This document shows positions 42,256 to 51,534 of a stretch of 64,000 nucleotides of DNA, piece after piece. The notes under the pieces were generated by a model. It was given only the letters and a program-made list of their open reading frames with translations. It was not told the DNA's origin and did not search any database. The position numbers were made by a program, and so were the translations under genes. Location of the stretch: the NCBI GenBank assembly GCA_964549945.1, contig CAZJXD010000001.1:84346-148345 (forward strand), given 5' to 3'. The first letter of the stretch is position 1. Each line of letters begins with the position of its first letter. The DNA is from an uncultured Desulfobacteraceae bacterium. Lineage in GTDB: Bacteria > Desulfobacterota > DSM-4660 > Desulfatiglandales > B25-G16.

Positions 42256-43884
42256 ATGGGAGTAGCAAGATATATAAGGGATGAGAAAGACAGGATAGAA
42301 GACGTGATCCTTCAGTCTGGTATTCACGTCAAGCCCCTTTACGCGGAGGATGACCTCAAAGAAGCGGGGTTTGACTACAGCAAAGATCTCGGGAATCCGG
42401 GAGAATACCCCTTTACGAGGGGGATCCATAGGTTGGGATACAGGAGTCGCGAATGGACTACGAGGCAGTACACGGGCTTCGGCACACCAGGGGAGACCAA
42501 TAAACGCTTCAAGCTGATGATCGGTCAGGGTCAAACTGGGCTGAATGTGGCGTTCGACCTCCCCACCCAGATGGGCTACGACTCGGATGATCCCATTGCG
42601 GAAGGAGAGGTAGGCCGTGTAGGCATGGCAGTGGATTCCCTGAAGGACTTCGAGATCGCCTTCAAGGACATCGCGCTCGATAGGATCGGCACCGGGTTAA
42701 CGATCAATGCCGTGGCCTCCGTCATGCTCGCGATGTATCAGGCCACCGCGGAGAAGTATGGGTTCTCCAAGCAGGGCATAAGCGCCACCCCGCAGAACGA
42801 CATCCTGAAGGAGATTGTAGGTCGAGGTGCGTGGATATTTCCCGTAGAACCGGCCGTGCGCCTGATCGGTGATGTGATCGAGTACTCCATTAAGGAGATG
42901 CCCAAGAACAATCCAGTCAGTGTGTGCGGGTACCACATTAGGGAAGCGGGGGCAACGCCGGTACAGGAGATCGCCTGCGCCATAGGGATTGCGAACGCTT
43001 ATATAGATGAGGTCTTGAAGCGGGGGCTTCACATCGATGACTTTGTTGGCAGGTTTTCCTTCAACCTCGATGTGTTCGGAAACCTATGGGAACAGGTTGC
43101 AAAGTTCAGGGCAGCGAGAAAGCTATGGGCGGAGAATATCAAGGAGAAATACGGGGCAGCCAACGACAGATCGATGTATTTAAGGGGCATCTTCGGTGGG
43201 GGAGGAGGAGGGCTCACCAAGGAACAACCGGAGAATAACATCGCGAGGAGTGCCTACTATGCCCTGGCCGCTGCCTTAAGCGGCGCTCAGACGACCGCCT
43301 TATGCTCCTACGATGAGGCCTATACCATTCCCACGCCTCACTCTGCCCTTATCTCTTTGAGGACATTGCAGATCTTGATGGATGAAGTAGGCCTCAGGGA
43401 CACCGTCGATCCCCTGGCAGGTTCTTATTTCATAGAGACCCTTACCAAACAGATGGAGCAAAAGATCGTCGAGGAGATGGCGAAGATCGATAGATTGGGG
43501 GGAATGGTGAAGGCGATCTCATCAGGCTATATCCAGAAGGAGGTGGCGAGACAGGCCTATGAATTTGAGAAGGGCGTCCAGAGCGGGGAGCTCATAAAGG
43601 TGGGGGTTAACAAATACAGAGGAGGCGAGCAGGGAGAGGTGGAGCTCCATGAATATAGCGATGAGTCAGCAAAGGAGCAGATAAAGGCCCTCAAGGAGTT
43701 AAGGAGGACCCGAGACAACAGGGAGGTTACTCGAACACTTAAGGCATTGGAGAAGGCAGCAAAAGAGGAGAAAAACGTCATGCCCCACCTGGTGGAATGC
43801 TGCAAGGCATATGCCACTGTTGGGGAGATGACGGGGGTATTCAGGGGCATATTTGGGGAATTCGTGGAGCCAAGCATCTTGTAG
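42256..43884 (+). CDS. Acyl-CoA mutase large (catalytic, TIM-barrel) subunit
   Basis: The ORF is 542 aa with a CAGGAG RBS. It contains PGEYPFTRGIHRLGYRSREWTTRQYTGFGTPGETNKRFKLMIGQGQTGLNVAFDLPTQMGYDSDDP, a methylmalonyl-CoA mutase family signature. Confidence 0.85.
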   Translation: MGVARYIRDEKDRIEDVILQSGIHVKPLYAEDDLKEAGFDYSKDLGNPGEYPFTRGIHRLGYRSREWTTRQYTGFGTPGETNKRFKLMIGQGQTGLNVAFDLPTQMGYDSDDPIAEGEVGRVGMAVDSLKDFEIAFKDIALDRIGTGLTINAVASVMLAMYQATAEKYGFSKQGISATPQNDILKEIVGRGAWIFPVEPAVRLIGDVIEYSIKEMPKNNPVSVCGYHIREAGATPVQEIACAIGIANAYIDEVLKRGLHIDDFVGRFSFNLDVFGNLWEQVAKFRAARKLWAENIKEKYGAANDRSMYLRGIFGGGGGGLTKEQPENNIARSAYYALAAALSGAQTTALCSYDEAYTIPTPHSALISLRTLQILMDEVGLRDTVDPLAGSYFIETLTKQMEQKIVEEMAKIDRLGGMVKAISSGYIQKEVARQAYEFEKGVQSGELIKVGVNKYRGGEQGEVELHEYSDESAKEQIKALKELRRTRDNREVTRTLKALEKAAKEEKNVMPHLVECCKAYATVGEMTGVFRGIFGEFVEPSIL

Positions 43885-43915
43885 GGAAAGAAACTACTCA
43901 ATATTAACCAAAAAA

Positions 43916-45442
43916 ATGAATATTGGCGATTGGATAAGGAAATGGAATGATCTCTCACCTTTGAAGGTGGCAGTCATCGATAATGGTCATGAGTTCACCT
44001 ATAGGGAGCTTAATCGAAGGTGCAACAAATTGGCAAATTTCCTCCTCCAAAGAGGCATAAGCAAGGGAGAGAGGGTAGGAGTCCTTCTATATAACCGCCA
44101 CGAGTATCTAGAGATCTATTTTGCCTTGGCAAAGATAGGAGCTGTATTGGTCCCTCTAAACTGGAGAATGGCTCCCCTTGAAATAGCATACATCTTACAG
44201 GATTGCGGGGCTACCTATCTATTCTTTGGCGAGGAGTTCCTCGATACCGTACTTTACATCAGGGATAGCGTTGAAACAGTTATACGTTATATTTCCCTAG
44301 CCCAGGAGGAAATTCCATGGGCAGAGAATTATAGCAAGGCAAAGGAATGCTCTTCAAATGAGCCTATCGGCTTTATTGAACCCGATCTAGAGGATCCCCA
44401 TCTCATCTTATATACCTCAGGCACCACAGGTTTTCCGAAGGGTGCCGTCCTTACCAATAGAAAGACATTTTTTAACGCCCTCAATGCCAACATATTCTAT
44501 CGGCTCACCCCTGAAGATATATTTTTGGTTTCTCGGCCTTTGTTCCACTCAGGTGGCCTTTTGGTTGATTCGACTCCTGCCCTTTATAGGGGTGCTATGG
44601 TAATCTACAAAAGGCGTTTTAGCCCCCATGAGTACCTGGAGACCATTGAAAAATACCAGGTCACCATTATGGAAACATCAGCTACTTTCTTAAACTTCGT
44701 GCTCAAGGAATGTGATTTAAGCGCATACAACCTAAATTCATTAAAGTCATATTATACCGGCGGTGAAAGGGTTTCTACAGCGTTACTCAAAGAATACCAC
44801 GAGCGAGGCATTCCCCTAAGCCAGATATTCGGAATGACGGAAACATCGATAGTGACGTGGCTCTCAATCGATGATGCTGTGAGGAAACGTGGCTCTGTGG
44901 GCAAGCCTGTGCTCCATGGTGAGGTAAGGATCGTGAATCGTGAGATGCAGCCAGTGAGCCCTGGGGAGACCGGAGAAGTTGTAGTGAGAGGTCCCATCTT
45001 AATGTTGGGTTATTGGAATAAGCCAGAGGTTACGAGAGAGGTGGTAAAAAATGGCTGGTTTCACACGGGAGACCTCGCCACAATTGACGATGAAGGCTTT
45101 ATCTATATTATTGATCGTGAAAAGGATATGTTTATCAGCGGAGGAGAAAATGTCTATCCGGCCGAGATCGAGAAGCTCCTCCTCACACACCCCAAGATAC
45201 TGGAAGTGGCTGTTTATGGAGTTCCTGATGAAAAGTGGGGCGAGGTTGGCAAGGCATCAATAATCTTAAAAGAAAAAGTAATGAGTACCTCGGAGGTTGT
45301 GGAGTTTTTATGTGGCAAGATCGGCAAGTTCAAGATCCCGAAGTATGTTGAATTTGTTGATGATCTGCCAAGAACGGCAACAGGAAAGATCAAGAAATAC
45401 CTGTTGACCCAAAGATCTAAGAAGGAAATACGCTTGGCGTGA
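43916..45442 (+). CDS. AMP-forming acyl-CoA synthetase/ligase (ANL superfamily)
   Basis: The Met at 43916 (MNIGDWIRKW...) avoids overlap with the mutase gene. It contains ILYTSGTTGFPKGAVLTN, YYTGGERV, GWFHTGDLATIDDEGFIYIIDREKDMFISGGENVYPAEIE and PRTATGKIKK. Confidence 0.85.
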   Translation: MNIGDWIRKWNDLSPLKVAVIDNGHEFTYRELNRRCNKLANFLLQRGISKGERVGVLLYNRHEYLEIYFALAKIGAVLVPLNWRMAPLEIAYILQDCGATYLFFGEEFLDTVLYIRDSVETVIRYISLAQEEIPWAENYSKAKECSSNEPIGFIEPDLEDPHLILYTSGTTGFPKGAVLTNRKTFFNALNANIFYRLTPEDIFLVSRPLFHSGGLLVDSTPALYRGAMVIYKRRFSPHEYLETIEKYQVTIMETSATFLNFVLKECDLSAYNLNSLKSYYTGGERVSTALLKEYHERGIPLSQIFGMTETSIVTWLSIDDAVRKRGSVGKPVLHGEVRIVNREMQPVSPGETGEVVVRGPILMLGYWNKPEVTREVVKNGWFHTGDLATIDDEGFIYIIDREKDMFISGGENVYPAEIEKLLLTHPKILEVAVYGVPDEKWGEVGKASIILKEKVMSTSEVVEFLCGKIGKFKIPKYVEFVDDLPRTATGKIKKYLLTQRSKKEIRLA

Positions 45443-45530
45443 ATAGAGGAAAATAGTGAGAATTGAAATATATATGGAAGCTTTTACGAGACGTAAAATA
45501 TTTTCACTCATTTAAGAAGAGACTAGAAAA

Positions 45531-46052
45531 ATGGAACGTTCGGCTAATAAGATTGTTGCTGATTTATTATTCTTACCAGAAAAGGCAGAATTACTTTATA
45601 ATGACATACGTTATATCTTGATAAGACCGGATACATTGATCGGGTTTCAAAAGCTTGTCGAAGAAGCACTTGGTCCGATAGCCTCAGATCTGATGTTCAA
45701 AGCAGCTTGCAATATTGGATCATTAATAGGCAGAAAGTTCATAGAGGGTCCGGCGGGTTCACAAAGGGATATGATTATCTCAATGCTCGATGCTGCTAAT
45801 GAATTGGGATGGGCTAAGATGTGCCTGAAAGACAATAAGGCTTTCCCTAGTCTGATAGTGTTGGAGGCATTCAATTCTGCCTTTGCGTCGGCTTATTCGC
45901 AAAGCTCGACTCCTGTCTGTCATCTGATAAGGGGAATCTTTAATGGAGCCCTATCACAGATGATTGGACCAATTACAGAAAATAGAGAGGTCGAATGCTT
46001 AGCAATGGGGTTTCCGAAATGCATTTTTGAGTTTAGGATGCAGAAAAGATAA
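45531..46052 (+). CDS. V4R (4-vinyl reductase-type) small-molecule-binding domain protein
   Basis: The ORF is 173 aa. It contains IRYILIRPDTLIGF, VCHLIRGIFNGALSQ and EVECLAMGFPKCIFEF, matching the V4R pattern seen in XylR/DmpR sensor domains and BchJ. The gene is AT-rich; a hand count of one 60-nt line gave 38% GC. Confidence 0.65.
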   Translation: MERSANKIVADLLFLPEKAELLYNDIRYILIRPDTLIGFQKLVEEALGPIASDLMFKAACNIGSLIGRKFIEGPAGSQRDMIISMLDAANELGWAKMCLKDNKAFPSLIVLEAFNSAFASAYSQSSTPVCHLIRGIFNGALSQMIGPITENREVECLAMGFPKCIFEFRMQKR

Positions 46053-46345
46053 AAGGAAGAGCGACTTAAAGGCTCTCCTGCTCTTTTTATGCCATGAAAT
46101 ACTCTTTGAGCAAAGCAGCTAGTAGAGTGCTGCCTCATTTGAGTCCGATCCAGGCCATGTAATCTATAACCGCGTTGGATAGCAGATCTCTAAGATATGA
46201 GCTGAGATTCAATAAAAAAACCACCATAGGTTAAATACAAAAATCCATTCTTTAATAAACCAGGCGCGAATGTAGATCCCGCAGGGGATCACTGCTCTCA
46301 CATCGCAAAGCGCAAGAACATTGCTGGCCTACGTTACCGCTTTCC

Positions 46346-46570
46346 TCATGTGATGCCGAATTCTAATCGAATCTCTAAAGGGGGGATGACCTCAATGGCC
46401 AATTGTAAGCAGTCTACCTCGCAGGCACCACAATAGTGGCATTCCCCAGGGTAATTCACTATAGGCAGATTCTTCTCTTCATCCCAGCCGAAGACATCTG
46501 AGGGACAATTGTCATAACAAGCTTTGCAGCTATTGCAGTATTCATAATCTATTTGAGGTCCATAGTCCAT
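46346..46570 (-). CDS. 2x[4Fe-4S] ferredoxin (AprB-N-terminal-like), partner of the FAD protein
   Basis: The ORF is 74 aa. The motifs are CNSCKACYDNCP and CHYCGACEVDC. It lies 16 nt downstream of 46587..48266. Confidence 0.75.
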   Translation of the reverse strand: MDYGPQIDYEYCNSCKACYDNCPSDVFGWDEEKNLPIVNYPGECHYCGACEVDCLQLAIEVIPPLEIRLEFGIT

Positions 46571-48484
46571 GTCTGTTATCCTCCTTTCAGTTCCATGGTG
46601 CTCCTACATTGGAGTTGAACTGGCCGTTCTCTTGCCAGACCAGCACTGCCTTTCGCCAGTGCTCATCGTCTCGATTAGGATAATCCACCCTATAATGCCA
46701 GGGCACTAGGCGACTTTCAGTACGGATGAGAGCAGCCCGAGCATGAATCTCTCCCACGGTGATAATATTTTGCACCTCCACAGCTCGCATTAGTTCATGA
46801 GGGTTATCTACCTGAAGCCGGGGAACGTATTTATCTTGTACATTAGCCAATTGCTGTAAAGCATAAGTAAGCTTAGAGTCATGCTTCTCGAAGCCCACAT
46901 ACTCAGTCACCAGTCGGCGGACTGTATCCTCCAGATGCAGTGGCTTGAGACCCTTGACGCGGTTGAGTGGGGCCAATACCCGCTCCTTCTCTTGGAGCAC
47001 CTGTTCACAGTCTACTACCGGCTCAGGTCTTTCCTGTGCCTCCTTGGCTGCATTCGGTCCCTCCACATAGCCCCATACCAGAGCACCTGTAGCTCCAGAC
47101 ATCATGGAGCCGCCAATGACATCACCAGCTGCGTACAGGCCAGGGAGTGAAGTCTCACCCGTCTCATTTATTACCACTCCGCCCATACTGCGAACGATGC
47201 CGTCCATCCAATTACGAGGTTCGGTAGGGACATTTTGCAAACTGCCGATTTTGTTGGCCAGATGTAGCCCGTAGGGGAGCTCATTAGCTCCCACGAAACT
47301 CCAACATGCGTGGGCTTCCTCATCGGCAAAGGTAGCCATGTCAAGGCCCAACCTCTCTCTAGCTTGAAATAATATAGCTGCAAGCGTGAGGACAGGATCG
47401 GTGGGGTTTTCCTCAGCGAGATCTCCCAACTTGTCCAGGACTCTCTCACCTTTCTGGTTTCTGAGTTCATACCAAGGCATGACGAACATAGGCAGGCCCC
47501 TTGGCAAGCCTTTTGTGGCGGGATGGATATAGACAAATTCCATGTTGGCCAGTTTTGCACCAGCCCGGTAGGCTGCTGCTGTACCGTCTCCACAGTTCTG
47601 TGGGTCCTGATAGAGGATGAACAAATTGCTGGGGAAGGAGCCATAGGGGTGCCAGTACAAGCGATGGGCGCCGCCGCTAGCCAGAATGGTGGCCTTGGCT
47701 TTAACCACCACGAACTTACCGGTGCGGGTGTTAAGCCCCATGGCACCCACTACGGCACCATCCTGGATCAATAGGTTAGTCAACATAGTGCGTTGGATGG
47801 TTTGCACTCCCCGCCGGCGAACTTCGGCTGCAAGCTTAATCTTTAAATCGGCCCCCCGGTAGAAGATGAAATCATGCACGCCATGTAGCCGGCCCGATTG
47901 CATTTTGTAGGCACCATCTTCCTCCTTGACCTTGACCCCAATCTTCTCGATCTCGGCTACCACCTTCAATGCGTTTCGGGTGACTACCAGGTTCAGCTTA
48001 GGATCCACTAGCCCTTCGGTGCCGACGCCCCGTCGTATAGCCAGCTCTTCCGGTGTTATACCATTCAGCTTTGGATGAGCAATATTCGGGAAGTGGTCCA
48101 TGCCAGTACCAGCGTCGCCGCTGCGGCGAATGGCTGCTTTTTCCATGATAGCCACCTCTACGCCGTATTCCCGGGCTTTGATGGCAGCCATGCAGCCGGA
48201 TAGTCCACCACCGATGATAAGCACATCCTTACTGATAACTTCATCGGCTATGTCATTCAGCTTCATGATGACCTCCCTCGGGCTGCTTATCTATGAGCTC
48301 TGTGATGTTGGTGGCCACAGAGATGGCGTACTTGGCGTAAAACTTCTCCCAGTCGGGCACAGGTCGTCGGTAACGCCACAGGATGAAGCAGCTCTCGCTA
48401 CAGAAGATATGGGGCTTTCCCCGCACCACCTTTTTGACCTCTCCGCCCCCAAATGCTCGCTTGCAGAATTCACACTTCTTGCTC
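46473..48484. repeat. Direct repeat copy 1 (2,012 bp, identical to 49523-51534)
   Basis: The offset is exactly 3,050 bp. Every stretch I compared base by base is identical. All embedded six-frame ORFs (559, 191, 89, 83 and 60 aa) are identical in both copies. Confidence 0.9.
46587..48266 (-). CDS. FAD-dependent oxidoreductase, fumarate reductase/succinate dehydrogenase flavoprotein-like (AprA-like), copy 1
   Basis: The ORF is 559 aa. It contains VLIIGGGLSGCMAAIKAREYG (FAD), ILASGGAHRLY and LPGLYAAGDVIGG. A capping and helical C-terminal domain follow. Confidence 0.85.
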   Translation of the reverse strand: MKLNDIADEVISKDVLIIGGGLSGCMAAIKAREYGVEVAIMEKAAIRRSGDAGTGMDHFPNIAHPKLNGITPEELAIRRGVGTEGLVDPKLNLVVTRNALKVVAEIEKIGVKVKEEDGAYKMQSGRLHGVHDFIFYRGADLKIKLAAEVRRRGVQTIQRTMLTNLLIQDGAVVGAMGLNTRTGKFVVVKAKATILASGGAHRLYWHPYGSFPSNLFILYQDPQNCGDGTAAAYRAGAKLANMEFVYIHPATKGLPRGLPMFVMPWYELRNQKGERVLDKLGDLAEENPTDPVLTLAAILFQARERLGLDMATFADEEAHACWSFVGANELPYGLHLANKIGSLQNVPTEPRNWMDGIVRSMGGVVINETGETSLPGLYAAGDVIGGSMMSGATGALVWGYVEGPNAAKEAQERPEPVVDCEQVLQEKERVLAPLNRVKGLKPLHLEDTVRRLVTEYVGFEKHDSKLTYALQQLANVQDKYVPRLQVDNPHELMRAVEVQNIITVGEIHARAALIRTESRLVPWHYRVDYPNRDDEHWRKAVLVWQENGQFNSNVGAPWN

Positions 48485-48486
48485 GT
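48253..48486 (-). pseudogene. Zinc-ribbon (TRASH-like) gene copy lacking its start codon
   Basis: This is the same frame as 51303..51536, but the repeat ends inside the start codon. ATG AGC AAG AAG in copy 2 reads ACG AGC AAG AAG here, preceded by an in-frame TAA six codons upstream. There is no other in-frame Met, and the GGAGGGAG RBS is absent. Confidence 0.5.
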
Positions 48487-48598
48487 GCTCTCTTGCTCTT
48501 AAGAATTGATACTGATCAAAATAATTTCCTGTACCTGCCAAGTGTTATTGCATTTTATCGAAAAAATCCACCTATGAATTTATTGTTCTGAATGTTTT

Positions 48599-49270
48599 CT
48601 ATTGATGTGGATTTTTAAAAACAACAGCCTTTATTGGTGTTGGATTATAAGCATTGCAAGGACTGCGGTCTTGTGGACAATTAGAAATAGCAACTAGGCA
48701 GTCCATGTTTGCCTGAAAATCAATGTAATCACCAGCTTCACTAAATGGTTCGCGAATTGCCCAAACACCATTAGAGTTCTCGGTCAGGTTCATGAATATC
48801 GAAGCACAACAATCTTCATTGAAGTCTTTTTTCGTAAGGCCATATGGTGCTAAGGCCATTGCAAAGTTATCTTGACAATTGCGCATTCCTTTAATACCAA
48901 ACCTAGCATAATTTATATCTTCACTACAGTAACCTCCAGTCCAGCCACCAGTAGAACCCCGCGCACCAACTTTATCTTCGATTATGGTCAACATATTATT
49001 ACCTTTTTGTGAATATACACTGTGCCCCTTCGTAATGTGCAAAGTCTTATTAAACAAACACGTTATGACACAAGATGACCGCTCCCCTAAGTCGTTAAGG
49101 TTAAAAAAGATTACATCTATGACTTGCTGGCCTTCGATGTCAATTAGTCGAAAAATCTGCCTATTCTTTATAATTAAACTCAGATATTCTCGAGCTGGTA
49201 CTATAATTTCACGAATTATAGTCATTTTGATGTTATTATCGTTTGGATTCGCTACTATTTTTCTCCCCAA
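48599..49270 (-). CDS. DUF1989-like (urea-carboxylase-associated family) protein
   Basis: The ORF is 223 aa. VPAREYLSLIIKNRQIFRLIDIEGQQVIDVIFF resembles the N-terminal signature I recall for DUF1989/YcgI proteins. The gene is strongly AT-rich; two 60-nt lines hand-counted at 32% and 43% GC. Confidence 0.6.
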   Translation of the reverse strand: MGRKIVANPNDNNIKMTIIREIIVPAREYLSLIIKNRQIFRLIDIEGQQVIDVIFFNLNDLGERSSCVITCLFNKTLHITKGHSVYSQKGNNMLTIIEDKVGARGSTGGWTGGYCSEDINYARFGIKGMRNCQDNFAMALAPYGLTKKDFNEDCCASIFMNLTENSNGVWAIREPFSEAGDYIDFQANMDCLVAISNCPQDRSPCNAYNPTPIKAVVFKNPHQ

Positions 49271-49500
49271 TTATGACCCTATTCTTGATATACTAAAATA
49301 TGGAGTCTTGAATTACATAGGGCTTATTATTAATGTTAGCACTTTTAGTATTGCACAAGGGGCTCAATAGCCTGTCTCATATCCGAGGGCATATTGCATA
49401 GATCCAAATTGATCTTTCCCCTTCTTCAGACGATGCTTTATTTCTTCCTGGAGCAGACGTTATTCCTAAAATGCATAGAGCTTCATGTCTTTGATCTGCA

Positions 49501-49620
49501 CTATTTTCCTTGAGGCTTTACATTCTCTTCATCCCAGCCGAAGACATCTGAGGGACAATTGTCATAACAAGCTTTGCAGCTATTGCAGTATTCATAATCT
49601 ATTTGAGGTCCATAGTCCAT
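49501..49620 (-). pseudogene. Truncated ferredoxin copy (first cluster motif only)
   Basis: The repeat edge at 49523 cuts the ferredoxin gene after codon 32. My translation is MDYGPQIDYEYCNSCKACYDNCPSDVFGWDEE + NVKPQGK*. At 39 aa it is below the track cutoff. Confidence 0.6.
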
Positions 49621-51534
49621 GTCTGTTATCCTCCTTTCAGTTCCATGGTGCTCCTACATTGGAGTTGAACTGGCCGTTCTCTTGCCAGACCAGCACTGCC
49701 TTTCGCCAGTGCTCATCGTCTCGATTAGGATAATCCACCCTATAATGCCAGGGCACTAGGCGACTTTCAGTACGGATGAGAGCAGCCCGAGCATGAATCT
49801 CTCCCACGGTGATAATATTTTGCACCTCCACAGCTCGCATTAGTTCATGAGGGTTATCTACCTGAAGCCGGGGAACGTATTTATCTTGTACATTAGCCAA
49901 TTGCTGTAAAGCATAAGTAAGCTTAGAGTCATGCTTCTCGAAGCCCACATACTCAGTCACCAGTCGGCGGACTGTATCCTCCAGATGCAGTGGCTTGAGA
50001 CCCTTGACGCGGTTGAGTGGGGCCAATACCCGCTCCTTCTCTTGGAGCACCTGTTCACAGTCTACTACCGGCTCAGGTCTTTCCTGTGCCTCCTTGGCTG
50101 CATTCGGTCCCTCCACATAGCCCCATACCAGAGCACCTGTAGCTCCAGACATCATGGAGCCGCCAATGACATCACCAGCTGCGTACAGGCCAGGGAGTGA
50201 AGTCTCACCCGTCTCATTTATTACCACTCCGCCCATACTGCGAACGATGCCGTCCATCCAATTACGAGGTTCGGTAGGGACATTTTGCAAACTGCCGATT
50301 TTGTTGGCCAGATGTAGCCCGTAGGGGAGCTCATTAGCTCCCACGAAACTCCAACATGCGTGGGCTTCCTCATCGGCAAAGGTAGCCATGTCAAGGCCCA
50401 ACCTCTCTCTAGCTTGAAATAATATAGCTGCAAGCGTGAGGACAGGATCGGTGGGGTTTTCCTCAGCGAGATCTCCCAACTTGTCCAGGACTCTCTCACC
50501 TTTCTGGTTTCTGAGTTCATACCAAGGCATGACGAACATAGGCAGGCCCCTTGGCAAGCCTTTTGTGGCGGGATGGATATAGACAAATTCCATGTTGGCC
50601 AGTTTTGCACCAGCCCGGTAGGCTGCTGCTGTACCGTCTCCACAGTTCTGTGGGTCCTGATAGAGGATGAACAAATTGCTGGGGAAGGAGCCATAGGGGT
50701 GCCAGTACAAGCGATGGGCGCCGCCGCTAGCCAGAATGGTGGCCTTGGCTTTAACCACCACGAACTTACCGGTGCGGGTGTTAAGCCCCATGGCACCCAC
50801 TACGGCACCATCCTGGATCAATAGGTTAGTCAACATAGTGCGTTGGATGGTTTGCACTCCCCGCCGGCGAACTTCGGCTGCAAGCTTAATCTTTAAATCG
50901 GCCCCCCGGTAGAAGATGAAATCATGCACGCCATGTAGCCGGCCCGATTGCATTTTGTAGGCACCATCTTCCTCCTTGACCTTGACCCCAATCTTCTCGA
51001 TCTCGGCTACCACCTTCAATGCGTTTCGGGTGACTACCAGGTTCAGCTTAGGATCCACTAGCCCTTCGGTGCCGACGCCCCGTCGTATAGCCAGCTCTTC
51101 CGGTGTTATACCATTCAGCTTTGGATGAGCAATATTCGGGAAGTGGTCCATGCCAGTACCAGCGTCGCCGCTGCGGCGAATGGCTGCTTTTTCCATGATA
51201 GCCACCTCTACGCCGTATTCCCGGGCTTTGATGGCAGCCATGCAGCCGGATAGTCCACCACCGATGATAAGCACATCCTTACTGATAACTTCATCGGCTA
51301 TGTCATTCAGCTTCATGATGACCTCCCTCGGGCTGCTTATCTATGAGCTCTGTGATGTTGGTGGCCACAGAGATGGCGTACTTGGCGTAAAACTTCTCCC
51401 AGTCGGGCACAGGTCGTCGGTAACGCCACAGGATGAAGCAGCTCTCGCTACAGAAGATATGGGGCTTTCCCCGCACCACCTTTTTGACCTCTCCGCCCCC
51501 AAATGCTCGCTTGCAGAATTCACACTTCTTGCTC
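49523..51534. repeat. Direct repeat copy 2 (2,012 bp)
   Basis: See copy 1. The unique spacer between the copies is 48485-49522 (1,038 bp). Confidence 0.9.
49637..51316 (-). CDS. FAD-dependent oxidoreductase (AprA/SdhA-like), copy 2
   Basis: The 559-aa translation is identical to 46587..48266. Confidence 0.85.
   Translation of the reverse strand: MKLNDIADEVISKDVLIIGGGLSGCMAAIKAREYGVEVAIMEKAAIRRSGDAGTGMDHFPNIAHPKLNGITPEELAIRRGVGTEGLVDPKLNLVVTRNALKVVAEIEKIGVKVKEEDGAYKMQSGRLHGVHDFIFYRGADLKIKLAAEVRRRGVQTIQRTMLTNLLIQDGAVVGAMGLNTRTGKFVVVKAKATILASGGAHRLYWHPYGSFPSNLFILYQDPQNCGDGTAAAYRAGAKLANMEFVYIHPATKGLPRGLPMFVMPWYELRNQKGERVLDKLGDLAEENPTDPVLTLAAILFQARERLGLDMATFADEEAHACWSFVGANELPYGLHLANKIGSLQNVPTEPRNWMDGIVRSMGGVVINETGETSLPGLYAAGDVIGGSMMSGATGALVWGYVEGPNAAKEAQERPEPVVDCEQVLQEKERVLAPLNRVKGLKPLHLEDTVRRLVTEYVGFEKHDSKLTYALQQLANVQDKYVPRLQVDNPHELMRAVEVQNIITVGEIHARAALIRTESRLVPWHYRVDYPNRDDEHWRKAVLVWQENGQFNSNVGAPWN

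Noticed and set aside
49485-49733. 82-aa plus-strand ORF crossing the left edge of repeat copy 2
   Set aside because: It lies antisense to the truncated ferredoxin and the end of the FAD-protein gene. It exists only because of the junction and has no motifs.
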